From Patescibacteria group bacterium (GTDB lineage Bacteria; Patescibacteriota; Minisyncoccia; UBA6257; 2-01-FULL-56-20), in NCBI GenBank assembly GCA_038077975.1, contig JBBUGM010000011.1, forward strand, positions 22,038-86,037: 64,000 nt of DNA, written 5' to 3'. This document shows positions 48,737-59,045 of the stretch, piece by piece. Under the pieces are notes generated by a model, which made no database searches, was not told the DNA's origin, and saw only the letters and a list, made by a program, of their open reading frames with translations. Numbering within the stretch: position 1 is the first letter of the stretch; each line of letters starts with the position of its first letter. The translations under genes were made by a program, and so were the position numbers.

Positions 48737-49732
48737 CTATGCCACCGCGGGTTTCTTTCTGCTTACCGACCACTCGTCGATCACTTCTTCAAAAACCGCC
48801 GCGGCCGGCACGGCGATAAGTAATCCAAGCAAGCCCCACACTTCGGCGCCAATAAGCATGGCCGTAATAACGACGACGGGGTGAAGTCCGACTACTTTGC
48901 GGGTTAGGATCGGCACGAAGACGTGCGACTCAAGCTGGTGCAGTCCCAAAAATACCACAAGCGTATAGAGCGCAAGCGTCGGTGAAGTCGCAAAGGCCAT
49001 AAGCGTTGCCGCAGCACCCGAAAGTATCGGGCCGACATAGGGCACAAGCTCGAAAAGTCCTGCGAGTACGCCGAGAAGGAACGCATGCTTTACGCCCAAA
49101 ATTGCGAGCGCACCCCAAACCAATGACCCTATAAGTATGCTCAAAACTATCTGCATGCGGAACCAAGCGCCGATCTTTTTTCGCGATCTCTCGTAAATTC
49201 GCAACCCTTGCTTTTCGTAATCGGACGGCAGAACGACACGAAGGAATCTTTCCACTCCGTCCCTGCTCAAACTTAAGTAAAATGATGTCACGAGGACGGC
49301 AACCGCGAGCCCGACGCCGCCCAACGCCCGCGAGAATATCCCCAAGGGAGAAATATTCCCCGTAAAGAATTCCGCCGATAATTTATGGACAAAATCGCCG
49401 AAAATCTGCGATGTTCTTGAGTCGATGAAGGGCACTACCTTGCTGAAGCTGGAATCGTCGAGGCCCGCGCGTATCGCGTTCAACTCGACGATGATACGCG
49501 GCACTAAAGTGTAAATAACGGCTATCAAAAGGAGCAGGGTTAAAAAGAAGATCAGTACAACTCCAAGCGTGCGCGGTACCCCTTTTTGCTCCAGAAAATT
49601 AACAATAATTTCAAGGCCGGAAGAAACGACTATGGCCAAAAAAAGTCCGACCAAAACCTGTCTGCCCTGGAAAAGCACGACAACGAAAAGCGCGAAAAAC
49701 AATATTCTCCATAAACTTGCCCAGGAAATCAT
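48737..49732 (-). CDS. AI-2E family transporter (PerM/UPF0118)
   Basis: 331-aa polytopic protein with the typical family layout. Confidence 0.8.
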   Translation of the reverse strand: MISWASLWRILFFALFVVVLFQGRQVLVGLFLAIVVSSGLEIIVNFLEQKGVPRTLGVVLIFFLTLLLLIAVIYTLVPRIIVELNAIRAGLDDSSFSKVVPFIDSRTSQIFGDFVHKLSAEFFTGNISPLGIFSRALGGVGLAVAVLVTSFYLSLSRDGVERFLRVVLPSDYEKQGLRIYERSRKKIGAWFRMQIVLSILIGSLVWGALAILGVKHAFLLGVLAGLFELVPYVGPILSGAAATLMAFATSPTLALYTLVVFLGLHQLESHVFVPILTRKVVGLHPVVVITAMLIGAEVWGLLGLLIAVPAAAVFEEVIDEWSVSRKKPAVA

Positions 49733-49734
49733 GT

Positions 49735-51003
49735 CTATAATCTTAAAATTTTCTTGAAAGAGCCGGTATGTTTATACGGCCCAATAACAGCAAGATTCAG
49801 GTTTTTGTCCTTGAAGATCGCCCGAGCCACAGCCCGCACCTCTTCTGCTTTTATGTTTTGTATTTTATCAACTAATCCTTGCGGATGCAATGTTTTTCTG
49901 GCCAAAATTTCCTGCGAACCGTAGTACGAAGCAAGTTCGTCGGAGGTCTCGAGTTCCAGCATTAGGTTGCCGATAAGATGGTCTTTGGATTTCTGGAGCT
50001 CCTTCGCCGGCACGAGTTCCTTGGAAATCCGCCTAAATTCTTCAATTATCGCCTCGATAACGGCGGATGCCTTCAAGTGATCCACGCCGGCTGATACCGC
50101 CAAATAACCATGGTCAAGGTAAAGGTCGGGGCTCGCCGAAACGTAGTAAGCCGCCCCCATTTGCTCCCTGATGCGTTTAAAGAGCCGCGAGCTCATCCCG
50201 CCTCCAATGACGTCGGCAAGAACTTGAATGGCATACCTTCTCTTGTCGAAGAGGTCGAACGCGCGCACGCCCAAAACCAAGTGGCTCTGATCAGATTCTT
50301 TGAATTTGACCATGAGCTCGGGCCTTGCTTGCCTTTCCTTGGTTCTGAATCTCGGAGTGCGCGTGCCTTTTTTGACGTTCTCGAAATATCCACGAACCTG
50401 GGCTTCGGTACGCTTCGGGTCAAAATTGCCGGCGACGACAACAAGCGTTTTTTGCGGAACATAATGCTTACTCCTGTATGTGACGAAGTCGTCGCGTGAA
50501 AGTTTCTTGATTATCTCCTTATGCCCGGCTACATCCCACCCGGCCGGCTGGTCGCCGTAAAGAAGCGAGGTCAGAAGATCGTGAACTTTACGCATCGGCA
50601 TATCCTCATACATATTTATCTCTTCAATGATCACGCCCCTTTCCTTATCGATCTCCGTGGGATTAAAAAGCGGGTTGAGGTAAAGATCGGAAACGATCTC
50701 CATGATTTTCGGTAATTTGCGGTATTCCACCTTCGCCCAATAACCGGTGTATTCGTAGGAAGTGAAGGCATTGGACTGCGCGCCCAGGGCCGCGAGCTCT
50801 TCCGCAATCTGCCCCGGCTCGGGACGCTTCGAAGTGCCCTTAAATGTCATGTGCTCCAAAAAATGCGAAAGGCCGTTTATATTTTTCGTTTCATATTCCG
50901 CGCCGGCTTCGACCAATATCAAAACCGTCGCCGCAACGCTTTTTGGGCGCGGAATAAGGATCGCGCGCAGACCGTTTTTTAGCGTAAGTTTTTTAAATTC
51001 CAT
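49735..51003 (-). CDS. M16 family zinc peptidase (pitrilysin-like)
   Basis: HFLEH inverted zinc motif. 422 aa. Confidence 0.85.
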   Translation of the reverse strand: MEFKKLTLKNGLRAILIPRPKSVAATVLILVEAGAEYETKNINGLSHFLEHMTFKGTSKRPEPGQIAEELAALGAQSNAFTSYEYTGYWAKVEYRKLPKIMEIVSDLYLNPLFNPTEIDKERGVIIEEINMYEDMPMRKVHDLLTSLLYGDQPAGWDVAGHKEIIKKLSRDDFVTYRSKHYVPQKTLVVVAGNFDPKRTEAQVRGYFENVKKGTRTPRFRTKERQARPELMVKFKESDQSHLVLGVRAFDLFDKRRYAIQVLADVIGGGMSSRLFKRIREQMGAAYYVSASPDLYLDHGYLAVSAGVDHLKASAVIEAIIEEFRRISKELVPAKELQKSKDHLIGNLMLELETSDELASYYGSQEILARKTLHPQGLVDKIQNIKAEEVRAVARAIFKDKNLNLAVIGPYKHTGSFKKILRL

Positions 51004-51115
51004 TTGCGGTAAAAACTCTAAATTCTAATCTCTAAACTCTAAACAAATTCAAATATCTAATTTCAAAACCCGAAGGGTCGTTTAGGATTTAGTGTTTAGA
51101 ATTTAGGATTTGCAA
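51004..51115. repeat. imperfect palindrome, TCTAAAT word family
   Basis: CTCTAAATTCTAATCTCTAAACTCTAAAC ... GTTTAGGATTTAGTGTTTAGAATTTAGGA with a central CCCGAAGGG hairpin. Confidence 0.8.
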
Positions 51116-52612
51116 TCACGAAGTGATTGTTGCTATATCTTCCTCGAACCTTGCGGCGTGGACGATGACCGCCTCGCCATATGTCCATCGGTAACTGTAC
51201 CAGCGGCTACCGGCATAATATTTCGCCGCCGCACAGCGCTCCAAAAGTAGCTGTGCCTGGCTCGGTATCTCCCTGCTATATGCCACACAAGAACTCGACT
51301 TCAACATATCATTCAAATAAAGCGCCGTACCCGTAAAAGCATCCGCGTGATTCCATGGAGACGGTGGATTATTGCCTGTTATCTTCGATATCCTATCGCT
51401 ATAGAGCTTCCAAGTGGAAGGAATGAACTGCGCCGGGCCCATTGCGCCGCCGTAAGCTCCGTCACGCCGAATCGGACAAGAAACGGTGATGGAATCCGGG
51501 TTAATGCCGAGCGAGTTTACGATCTCCAAAAATATCGGGATATCGCGCGTAGGATGCATCGCTTCCTTATAACTGCAACGCCCGACGTTCTGCCCGAGGG
51601 CTGATTCACGATCCAGCACCGCAAGTATCAAAGCCGGGCGAACGCCCGTCGCTCCGCTCGCGAGCTTCGCAAAATTATAGGCCTCTTCAAAACTAAGCTC
51701 GCCGCCGCCTAAAAGTTTGAATATCCTTTTTCTGATCTCGGAAGCCGTTGCTTTTGTCTGCTTCAGGAGCTCCTGGTATTTTGACTCCTGCCCCTTGGTT
51801 ATCGCAAGTAGCTCGTTCGTCTTCGCTTTTGTTGTGGCAATTTCCTGCTTCTGCACTTGCTGATAATTCTTGTTGCTTTCCGCATCCGCCTTCGCCAAAG
51901 ACAATTGTTCTTTCTGATCGCTCAACTGATCACGGAGATCTATTACCTGCTCGATCTCGATGCGTAAATTATTTTGCAAAAGTACGATGCTTTGGACATT
52001 ACCGAAGAAGTCCGACAGCTTAGGATTCTTTAAAAACACCTCGACGAGCGTTGCCGTATCGTTCTCGTAGAGATCCTGGAACAAGCGGCTTAAGGCGTCT
52101 TTATGCGATTCTATTGTATCCTCCGTAATCACGATTTTGGACCTCGTGTCGTCTATCTTTTTGTCCAATTCGCGGATACTGAACGTTATGGCCTGGATCT
52201 GTAAATTGAGCTTGGCAATCTTGTCGTTAAGCCGATTCACCTCTCCTTTCAGGGTACTGCCCTGCTTCTGGTAGCTAACAACTTGTCCCTCATATTCGCC
52301 GATCTGCTTCTCGAGATCCGCGAGCTGCGCTTCTAGCGCGCGTCTTTCTTCATCACTCGATTGACCGGAGGCCCTGTTCAAATTGGTTGGGGCGGAAACG
52401 GAACCGAAAACGAGAATAGCGACGGCTACCGCAGAAACCAATGTTTTCAACGTGTTCGAAAGCGGTATGCGCAGGGTCCTTCCCTGCTCGAGATTCACGC
52501 GCTTCACTGAAAACGAAAAAGCGTCGCGATTGCGGCCGCGATTTGAAAAAATGTCACCTAAAATTCTGGGCCTTAAAAGTTTAAATTGGCCCGCTTTTTT
52601 GGGCTTCGTCAC
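51116..52612 (-). CDS. coiled-coil protein with a C-terminal lytic transglycosylase-like domain
   Basis: TM anchor, about 250 aa of coiled coil, then DRESALGQ...[13 protein letters not shown]. Confidence 0.7.
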   Translation of the reverse strand: MTKPKKAGQFKLLRPRILGDIFSNRGRNRDAFSFSVKRVNLEQGRTLRIPLSNTLKTLVSAVAVAILVFGSVSAPTNLNRASGQSSDEERRALEAQLADLEKQIGEYEGQVVSYQKQGSTLKGEVNRLNDKIAKLNLQIQAITFSIRELDKKIDDTRSKIVITEDTIESHKDALSRLFQDLYENDTATLVEVFLKNPKLSDFFGNVQSIVLLQNNLRIEIEQVIDLRDQLSDQKEQLSLAKADAESNKNYQQVQKQEIATTKAKTNELLAITKGQESKYQELLKQTKATASEIRKRIFKLLGGGELSFEEAYNFAKLASGATGVRPALILAVLDRESALGQNVGRCSYKEAMHPTRDIPIFLEIVNSLGINPDSITVSCPIRRDGAYGGAMGPAQFIPSTWKLYSDRISKITGNNPPSPWNHADAFTGTALYLNDMLKSSSCVAYSREIPSQAQLLLERCAAAKYYAGSRWYSYRWTYGEAVIVHAARFEEDIATITS

Positions 52613-52777
52613 TTAATAAGTATAACGCAGGCGTCGGGCGGCGAGTTACCCGCGCACCAGAAAACCGCAACGACAGCGTAAAATTTGTGGTTAAGTCTGG
52701 ATGGTTTTCGGTGCGGGGTTTCGCTTCACGAAACCACAAAGTAGCGGTTAGTGCCGCAACTGTAGAGCCGTGAAGAT

Positions 52778-53455
52778 TCACTTCCCGGGCTTTTCTTCAA
52801 CCTTCTCCGTAGCTTTTTCGGCTACCCGTTCCGCTTTTTTCTCTTCCGTTTCAACTTTGACCTCACTGACATCAACTGTGGGGGCGGGCGCTACAACTTC
52901 CTCTACCCGTGGCTCGGTCACGGTAACGATCGGTGTCTCCGGATCGATCAACACCTTCACCTTGTGGGGTATATTAATATCTTTAACGTAGATGCTTTGG
53001 TTCAATTCCGCGAGTACGGCAAGGTCCACTTTGAAATTGTGCGGCAGGTCCGCGGGCAGGGCCTCTACTTCGATCTCGGAAATACTTTTGTTCAAAATTC
53101 CTCCTTTGTCCTTTACCGCCGGCGAAATACCCAAAAACTCTACCGGGATCTTCGCCTTGATCGCTTCGTCCATACGCACCTGGTAAAAATCCACGTGGTC
53201 AACTTCGCTCGTAAGATAGTTTTTGCCGACTTCATAAATAATGACTGAGCGCTTTTCCGAGCCGATCATCAAATTAATAACCGTGTTCGTTCCGGCTTCC
53301 TTAAAAATGCGCAGGAAATCCTTCGCGGGAACGGAAAGATGTAAATTCTCTATGCCGCGCCCATAAAGTTCGGCTGGAACAAGCCCTTCTCTGCGCAGGG
53401 AATTTACGGATTTACCCAACTTTTCGCGTTTTTGAACAGCTAAATCAATTGCCAT
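52778..53455 (-). CDS. rplY: 50S ribosomal protein L25/Ctc
   Basis: 225 aa. LRREGLVPAELYG start with an acidic/Lys tail. Confidence 0.9.
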   Translation of the reverse strand: MAIDLAVQKREKLGKSVNSLRREGLVPAELYGRGIENLHLSVPAKDFLRIFKEAGTNTVINLMIGSEKRSVIIYEVGKNYLTSEVDHVDFYQVRMDEAIKAKIPVEFLGISPAVKDKGGILNKSISEIEVEALPADLPHNFKVDLAVLAELNQSIYVKDINIPHKVKVLIDPETPIVTVTEPRVEEVVAPAPTVDVSEVKVETEEKKAERVAEKATEKVEEKPGK

Positions 53456-53497
53456 TGTTAGTTAGAATAGCAAAACAGCGCCAACCGCGCAAGCAAG

Positions 53498-54289
53498 TTA
53501 TTTGCCATTATCCTTGCCGAACCTATCCGCCACGTTTATCGCAAGTTCCGCCAATAATCTTCTCGCTTTCCTCTTTTCCTCTTTCTGCTTTTTCGTGGCG
53601 TCCGGCAAGAGTTTGCCGCCGCCAACGTGGTCCGAGTGGTGCAATATCGCCGCCGCCTTGAACCCAAACTTTTTAGCCGCCGAGAAGATCACGCCGCTCT
53701 CAAGGTCCACACCCGTAAACCCCGCCCGCTTCCATTCGTCGATCATCTCTTTCGTCTGACCGACCATCGTTGAAACGGTTTTCATGATACCGCTCTGGTA
53801 TGGGATCTTCCGCTCACGCAAATGATTCTTGACCCACTCCTCAACTTCTTCGGTTGGATACACGAACCTGTCCTCTTTCCCTAAGAGGTGAAAACTCGCT
53901 CCGTCGGAACGATATGCGGCAGAAGGAATAAAAATCTCTCCAACAGTCAGACCGTCTTTAAGCCCGCCGAAATGCCCAACTAGGATAATAAGTTTCGCGC
54001 CGAGCTTCGCGTGCTGGATGGCTTGGTCCAAACTGAATGCTCCGCCGTAAGCGTGGCTCACTGCGATCTTGAGCCCATTCCTTTCTCCGATCCAAGTATG
54101 CGGCAGGGTGTGCTGGCGGATGTTCGTAAGATACGGTTCGAACTGCGCCTTCAAAAACTCCGGGACGCTCCAATATCCCTCCTCGGCAATGCTCTTAAAA
54201 ATACCCCAGAGTATCAAAACGTCCGGCTTATTCGCCTTATCGATATTCCACCACTTTTTCCATAAACGCTTTGGAAGGTCGCGGTACAT
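53498..54289 (-). CDS. nucleoside phosphorylase family (PNP_UDP_1-like) protein
   Basis: Start taken at MYRDLPK. GHFGGL...GEIFIPSAA and VDLESG patterns. Confidence 0.55.
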   Translation of the reverse strand: MYRDLPKRLWKKWWNIDKANKPDVLILWGIFKSIAEEGYWSVPEFLKAQFEPYLTNIRQHTLPHTWIGERNGLKIAVSHAYGGAFSLDQAIQHAKLGAKLIILVGHFGGLKDGLTVGEIFIPSAAYRSDGASFHLLGKEDRFVYPTEEVEEWVKNHLRERKIPYQSGIMKTVSTMVGQTKEMIDEWKRAGFTGVDLESGVIFSAAKKFGFKAAAILHHSDHVGGGKLLPDATKKQKEEKRKARRLLAELAINVADRFGKDNGK

Positions 54290-54377
54290 AACTATATTAA
54301 ACAAAAATCTATTTGCTTTGACAATGTCGCAATACTTTACTACGCTATACAATAGTAATATCGAGGGAGAAAATCTG

Positions 54378-54650
54378 ATGAGCAGAAAAGTTGTTGGGTA
54401 TACCGTCGAACTCAAAAAGCTTGGGCCGCCGCACGTTTCGCTCAATAATATTGGCGTCGTTCTTTTTCGACGCGGCAAGTTTGATCTGGCAGCCGAAGCG
54501 TTCCGCAAAGCCATTAAACTCCATCCTGGTTGCGCGACGCTTTTCTACAATCTCGGGATGGTGTTAACGAAGCTTGGTCGGCACAGAGCGGCGGAAATCG
54601 CATTGAAACGCGCGGGAGAACTGGATCCGAACTTCAAAATATCCATTTAA
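54378..54650 (+). CDS. small TPR-repeat protein
   Basis: 90 aa counting from MSRKVV, with the RBS GAGGGAG. Two TPR-like units (AAEAFRKAIKLHPG...). Confidence 0.6.
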   Translation: MSRKVVGYTVELKKLGPPHVSLNNIGVVLFRRGKFDLAAEAFRKAIKLHPGCATLFYNLGMVLTKLGRHRAAEIALKRAGELDPNFKISI

Positions 54651-54708
54651 GGGGGTCGGACTTCCTCACGGAAGTCCGACCTCAAAAACATTAAATTACA
54701 CTTAATTT

Positions 54709-55674
54709 CTATCGCTCACTCTCAAACAATTCCACAAACCCCTTATAATTTTTCGCAATCCTCTCCGCCGCTGCCGAGCGGCTGATCTTTTTTGCGGCAA
54801 AATCCGAGAGCGGCCTACTCCAAATTGTGCGCCCGACTGCCATGCCGATAACTCCGGGAATTCCTGCCGCAACTTCAAGCCAGTGGCGAACTTTTTGGTC
54901 GCTCTCGCCGCGTCCGAGAACTATTACACTGATCTCTTTACCTTTCGATTTAAAATTATTGCCTGAGCTTGTCGAAGGCCTATTATTCATGAACCCCTCG
55001 ACTCCGCTCGGTGAATAATCGTTCTTTCTGGCTTCCTCGACGACGGTAGCGAATTGTTTTTCATCATTCAACCCTTCGAGTTTCCAAATATCCGGTTCAA
55101 CGCCGGCGCACTTGAGCTCTCGGATGGCGCCTATCATCACCTTCCAGCGACCTCCGTCGTCGTAATTTTCCTTGCCGCCACACTCGTTGATATCCTTTTC
55201 GGTCGGCGTGGCCAGCAATTCGAATAAAAATTTATATCCGTTTTTTACGCAAAAATCACCTAGTTTTTTGAGACGCACGGCCTGGCGTTTGTTCATCTCC
55301 ACGTCTCCGCGCGGATTGTATCGCACAAGCGCCTTAACATAATTCGGTTGAAGTTTTTTGATGTGCGCGCCGAACGCATCGCCGTATTCGAAATCGAACT
55401 CATCTTGGCCGGATTTTTCGACGGTCAGGATCCTTGTGATGCCTGCCACCTGCGCCTCCTTATGAATTTCCGTGCCCAATTCTTCGTCAACCAAAATCGC
55501 GCCGTCTTCTTTTGATATTCCCATATTTAACGCCGCCAAAAACCCCTCGTAAATTACGTGCTTATAATCCTTTAAAACAATAACTTGCTCCGCGGTTAAA
55601 GAACCGTGTTTCATGCCAAACATCTTGGCGAACGAACCGCGGTGGTCGAAAGGAAGAACGTATAATTTGCGCAT
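54709..55674 (-). CDS. DUF2090 / class I aldolase-like protein (IolC C-terminal-like)
   Basis: YVLPFDHRGSF start pattern. Neighbour of a PfkB kinase. Confidence 0.6.
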   Translation of the reverse strand: MRKLYVLPFDHRGSFAKMFGMKHGSLTAEQVIVLKDYKHVIYEGFLAALNMGISKEDGAILVDEELGTEIHKEAQVAGITRILTVEKSGQDEFDFEYGDAFGAHIKKLQPNYVKALVRYNPRGDVEMNKRQAVRLKKLGDFCVKNGYKFLFELLATPTEKDINECGGKENYDDGGRWKVMIGAIRELKCAGVEPDIWKLEGLNDEKQFATVVEEARKNDYSPSGVEGFMNNRPSTSSGNNFKSKGKEISVIVLGRGESDQKVRHWLEVAAGIPGVIGMAVGRTIWSRPLSDFAAKKISRSAAAERIAKNYKGFVELFESER

Positions 55675-55918
55675 AACGCTTGAAAAATTGATTTAATTAT
55701 TCTAATTGACCTAATTTCTAATCAATGACAAAAACTTATAAATTCCAAATTACAAGCGCCAAATTACAAACAAATCCAAATGAACAAAATCAAAAATTAC
55801 AAACCTTTTGAATTTCGAGCTTGTAATTTTGATATTGTTTGTAATTTGTAATTTGTGATTTATTATTTTTGCAGATTGGGATTTGATTAGATCAATTAGA
55901 GCAATTAGAAATTAGTAA
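55675..55918. repeat. 244-bp nested imperfect palindrome (CTAATT / AAATTACAA words)
   Basis: Outer arms TTCTAATTGACCTAATTTCTAATCA / TGATTAGATCAATTAGAGCAATTAGAAATTAG. Inner arms AAATTACAA / TTGTAATTT. Confidence 0.8.
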
Positions 55919-57172
55919 TTAAATCTCAAAGTATCCCGTCAGCAAATATTTCCTTGAATATTCCTCAAGCTTTTCGCGCCCAAAATATTCGATGAAAATT
56001 TTGTTCCATAAGGCCTCCTGTTGGTGGTAAAGATATTTCACCATTTCTTTTTCCTTGACCAAGCTCATCACGGTGTCCACAAGGTCAAAACTCACCAAAA
56101 CTTCCACGCCGCTCTCATCCCTGAAATAGTGGCCCACCCAGTCGATGTCCTTCCAAAATGCGAGTTCTTTGCTGAAATGATTGAGTTGATCACCCACGGA
56201 AGCAAGGTGCTCCTCTGCTCGAAGCCAGTGGAGCGCTTCGGGATTGATGCGCGGAACGAAAAGTCGCCAGTCGTTCTCATCGTCCTTTGCCAAATAACGC
56301 TGAACGACGAGCCAGATTGATTTATCATTCTCCATAGGGATCTTCTTTTCTAAAACGTCGCCGCGCAAAAGCGAAGTAAAGTTCGCCGTGAAGGTTTTTC
56401 TCTCGCCGCCGAGCTCGCGGAAGATCGAGGAATAAAATGGCACTTCGTTTAAATAGTGGAGGATGAGCGAAAACATCCTCAAAAGTTCTCCGGAAATTCC
56501 CAAGAGCGCCGGGATAATGAAAACCACGCCAAGTTCTTTAAGGTGGCTGATGTTGTGGTGTTTCTTCAAAAGGAACTTCTGCGTCGCCTTGTTCCATTTT
56601 TCGTTGAGCGCCAGCACTCTTACTTCACGCTCTTCGAAATCATCCGGCGTAAGCTTTTCGTATTGCTTGAAAAACACGGTGTTCAGCCAGTCGCTGCCCT
56701 CGATAAACCGGAGAGAACACATAATCTCCACTAGATCCTCTTTCGCAAGCATGCTTTCTACGGATGAGTACCCCAAAAATTCCATTACCTGCCTGGGTGG
56801 TTCTTTCATCAAAAATTCCTTCGCTTTGTCGAGTTTCATGAAAAAGCCCTTCGGCTTTCCCGAGACCCTGAAGGCCATATCGGCTACTTTCTGGCAATCG
56901 CAAGCAAGTCTCGAATTCGGACTTTTCAGGGCTTTGAACAGGTGGTTGTCGTCCGACTCGATCTTGGAGATCAGGGCGTCATAAACGTCTTTCGCATTCG
57001 CGTCGCGCGGCACTCCCATAGTCGAGAGCCGTTCCATAATAAGAGCATCGTTTTCTACGACTATCTTTTTGAACACGTCTTTCTTTCCCGTAGCCGCGGA
57101 AAGGCGCGCCTCAAGGCGTTCCATCATGTGCTTATCAGCGCGCAAAATTTTCGCTACTATTCCTATCGGCAT
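55919..57172 (-). CDS. hypothetical protein
   Basis: 417 aa counting from MPIGIV. TAATG overlap with the PfkB stop implies one operon. Confidence 0.5.
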   Translation of the reverse strand: MPIGIVAKILRADKHMMERLEARLSAATGKKDVFKKIVVENDALIMERLSTMGVPRDANAKDVYDALISKIESDDNHLFKALKSPNSRLACDCQKVADMAFRVSGKPKGFFMKLDKAKEFLMKEPPRQVMEFLGYSSVESMLAKEDLVEIMCSLRFIEGSDWLNTVFFKQYEKLTPDDFEEREVRVLALNEKWNKATQKFLLKKHHNISHLKELGVVFIIPALLGISGELLRMFSLILHYLNEVPFYSSIFRELGGERKTFTANFTSLLRGDVLEKKIPMENDKSIWLVVQRYLAKDDENDWRLFVPRINPEALHWLRAEEHLASVGDQLNHFSKELAFWKDIDWVGHYFRDESGVEVLVSFDLVDTVMSLVKEKEMVKYLYHQQEALWNKIFIEYFGREKLEEYSRKYLLTGYFEI

Positions 57173-58191
57173 TAGATTTTTCTTATTTTTATTTTTAAAT
57201 TTTTCCACCGACTGTCATCGAAACCGCTTTTTGTGAGCGTTCCTTCCGTCGCGCCGATGTGTTCGACAACGGAAGTCGCGTTCGCGGTAGCGAGCCGGAT
57301 GGCATAAACGATATCCGCGGGTTTTGCCTCGTGAATATTTTTCGAAGTTATCCCCCGCCGCATGAGCCCTGCGGTAAATCCGGAGCCGAATGCGTCTCCG
57401 GCGCCCGTGCGGTCAACGAGCTTTTTCTCTTTGAAAATACCGGCTTTATAAATATATTTGCCGTCGGAGACCGTGACCCCGCCGCGGCCTCCGGTCACGG
57501 CGAGTATGCCGGGCACCAGCTTATCGAGTTTTTTGAAAACCGCTTTTTCCCGCGACCATGGAATACCCGTCACAAGCGCGGCCTCTTCGTCGTTCATCAC
57601 TAAGAACGAAAAATCCTTGAGTGATCTCAAAATATTTCTGCGCCGATGACGCAGGTGGTGCCCACTTGGATTAAAGGCGACGGCTATGTTGTTCTTGCGC
57701 GCGAAACGCAAAAGCGGGAAAAGCATCCTGTCCGACTCTCCCGCTAAAGACAGATACCACCATCGGCTTTTCATTCGGTTTAGTTTCAGGTCTGGCAGCC
57801 GGAACGTGTCGGAGGCGCCATGGTAGCCCAAAATCGTGCGCTCACCGCCCTGGAGTAAAAGTACGGAATAGGCGGTCGCGCGGTCGGGCGTGCAAACCAT
57901 AAGATCGGTTTTCACTTTTTCCTGTTTCAATTTCTGGAGCACGCCTTCCCCGGCAAAATCACAGCCAATCTTGCCCACGGCCGCGGTCTTAAATCCTTGC
58001 CGCGCGAAAGTAACGGAGGCATTCGCCGCGTTCCCGCCGATAGTGAAATAAATATCCTGCACTTCAAGCTTCTCGCCCAAGGACAGCGCGTACGCCTTGC
58101 GCGACGGCGTTTTCGGCCATTTGATGACCGGAAAATTAACTTTGTAGAACGCGTCGCGGGTCGTGGAACCGATGGTTATAACGTCTAACAT
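57172..58191 (-). CDS. PfkB family carbohydrate kinase
   Basis: GGNAANAS and DRTGAGDAFGSGF motifs. Confidence 0.85.
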   Translation of the reverse strand: MLDVITIGSTTRDAFYKVNFPVIKWPKTPSRKAYALSLGEKLEVQDIYFTIGGNAANASVTFARQGFKTAAVGKIGCDFAGEGVLQKLKQEKVKTDLMVCTPDRATAYSVLLLQGGERTILGYHGASDTFRLPDLKLNRMKSRWWYLSLAGESDRMLFPLLRFARKNNIAVAFNPSGHHLRHRRRNILRSLKDFSFLVMNDEEAALVTGIPWSREKAVFKKLDKLVPGILAVTGGRGGVTVSDGKYIYKAGIFKEKKLVDRTGAGDAFGSGFTAGLMRRGITSKNIHEAKPADIVYAIRLATANATSVVEHIGATEGTLTKSGFDDSRWKNLKIKIRKI

Positions 58192-58327
58192 AATTTTATT
58201 CCCCGAGTTTACTCGCCTCGCTATCGCTCCGGCGAAGTGGGTCGGTAGGGAGTATCGTACGCTTGACTAAATTATAGCAAAAGTTTACCATTGTATCAGT
58301 TGTTTATCCCAAAAGAAGCGGGGAACG

Positions 58328-58543
58328 ATGTCCCAGACAAATCCAACAGATCCAAGAAATTTTGGGTTATTTACGAAAATCTTCTTAAGCTTGGTTTTTG
58401 CCTTATTTGTTACGGGCTGTGCTTATGTGACTTGCATATTCGCCGATGCAGGTGGAGTTCTAGCTCTTGTGGCAATATTCTCCGGTAGTGCGACTATTTG
58501 TGCAACCTGGCTTGTCTGTGGTCTTTGGTTCAAGTGTACCTAG
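58328..58543 (+). CDS. small membrane protein
   Basis: 71 aa with 2 TM segments. TTGACT-17-TACCAT upstream. Confidence 0.4.
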   Translation: MSQTNPTDPRNFGLFTKIFLSLVFALFVTGCAYVTCIFADAGGVLALVAIFSGSATICATWLVCGLWFKCT

Positions 58544-58648
58544 TAAAACGGCCGTTCTAATGGAGCGGCCTTTCGATTGCATCGGTTTGACAGCTCATAC
58601 GAGGAAGCGCAGGATGAAGGTAGAAACTTGAACGAATGAGGTGCTCCA

Positions 58649-58885
58649 GTGAACATTATCTTGTTTTGGATTTACATCATAAGCGAACGCGCAGTGGAAC
58701 TCGTGCGCTTACAAACCTATCGCGATCAACTCGGCGGCATTTTGAACGGCCTTTCCAATAATTTTGTAATTCTATTTCTGATCGTTGTACTTCTTTATGG
58801 TTTGCTTTTCCTCGGTATGCACCGCGGAGCAAGAAAAGAGCGTAAGATGCTTGACGGGATCAGGCACAAAAATTTCAATAATTAA
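58649..58885 (+). CDS. small membrane protein
   Basis: 78 aa. GTG start 5 nt after GAGGTG. Confidence 0.4.
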   Translation: MNIILFWIYIISERAVELVRLQTYRDQLGGILNGLSNNFVILFLIVVLLYGLLFLGMHRGARKERKMLDGIRHKNFNN

Positions 58886-58957
58886 TCAAGGCAACGCTTT
58901 ACGCGCTGCCCTATTTTTAAAAAATTTGCACCCGAGCTCTTAAACTTTTTATAATTT

Positions 58958-58993
58958 ACTATCATTATAGCACAATTGTGTTATAATGATAGT
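58958..58993. repeat. palindrome ACTATCATTATA-N12-TATAATGATAGT, copy 3
   Basis: One mismatch in the inner part. Confidence 0.85.
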
Positions 58994-59022
58994 GATCGAT
59001 CTCTGCCAATTCAAAACAGAAC

Positions 59023-59045
59023 TATCTATCTATCTATCTATTTAT
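59023..59045. repeat. tetranucleotide microsatellite (CTAT)5 plus TTAT
   Basis: CTATCTATCTATCTATCTATTTA directly abuts the transketolase stop codon. Confidence 0.9.

Noticed and set aside
54069-54377. The upstream 103 codons of the 193-aa plus ORF, and the upstream 75 codons of the 338-aa minus ORF (54290-54514).
   Set aside because: The two extensions overlap each other antisense. Each gene has a sensible internal start (MSRKVV with an RBS, and MYRDLPK), after which the recognisable domains begin.
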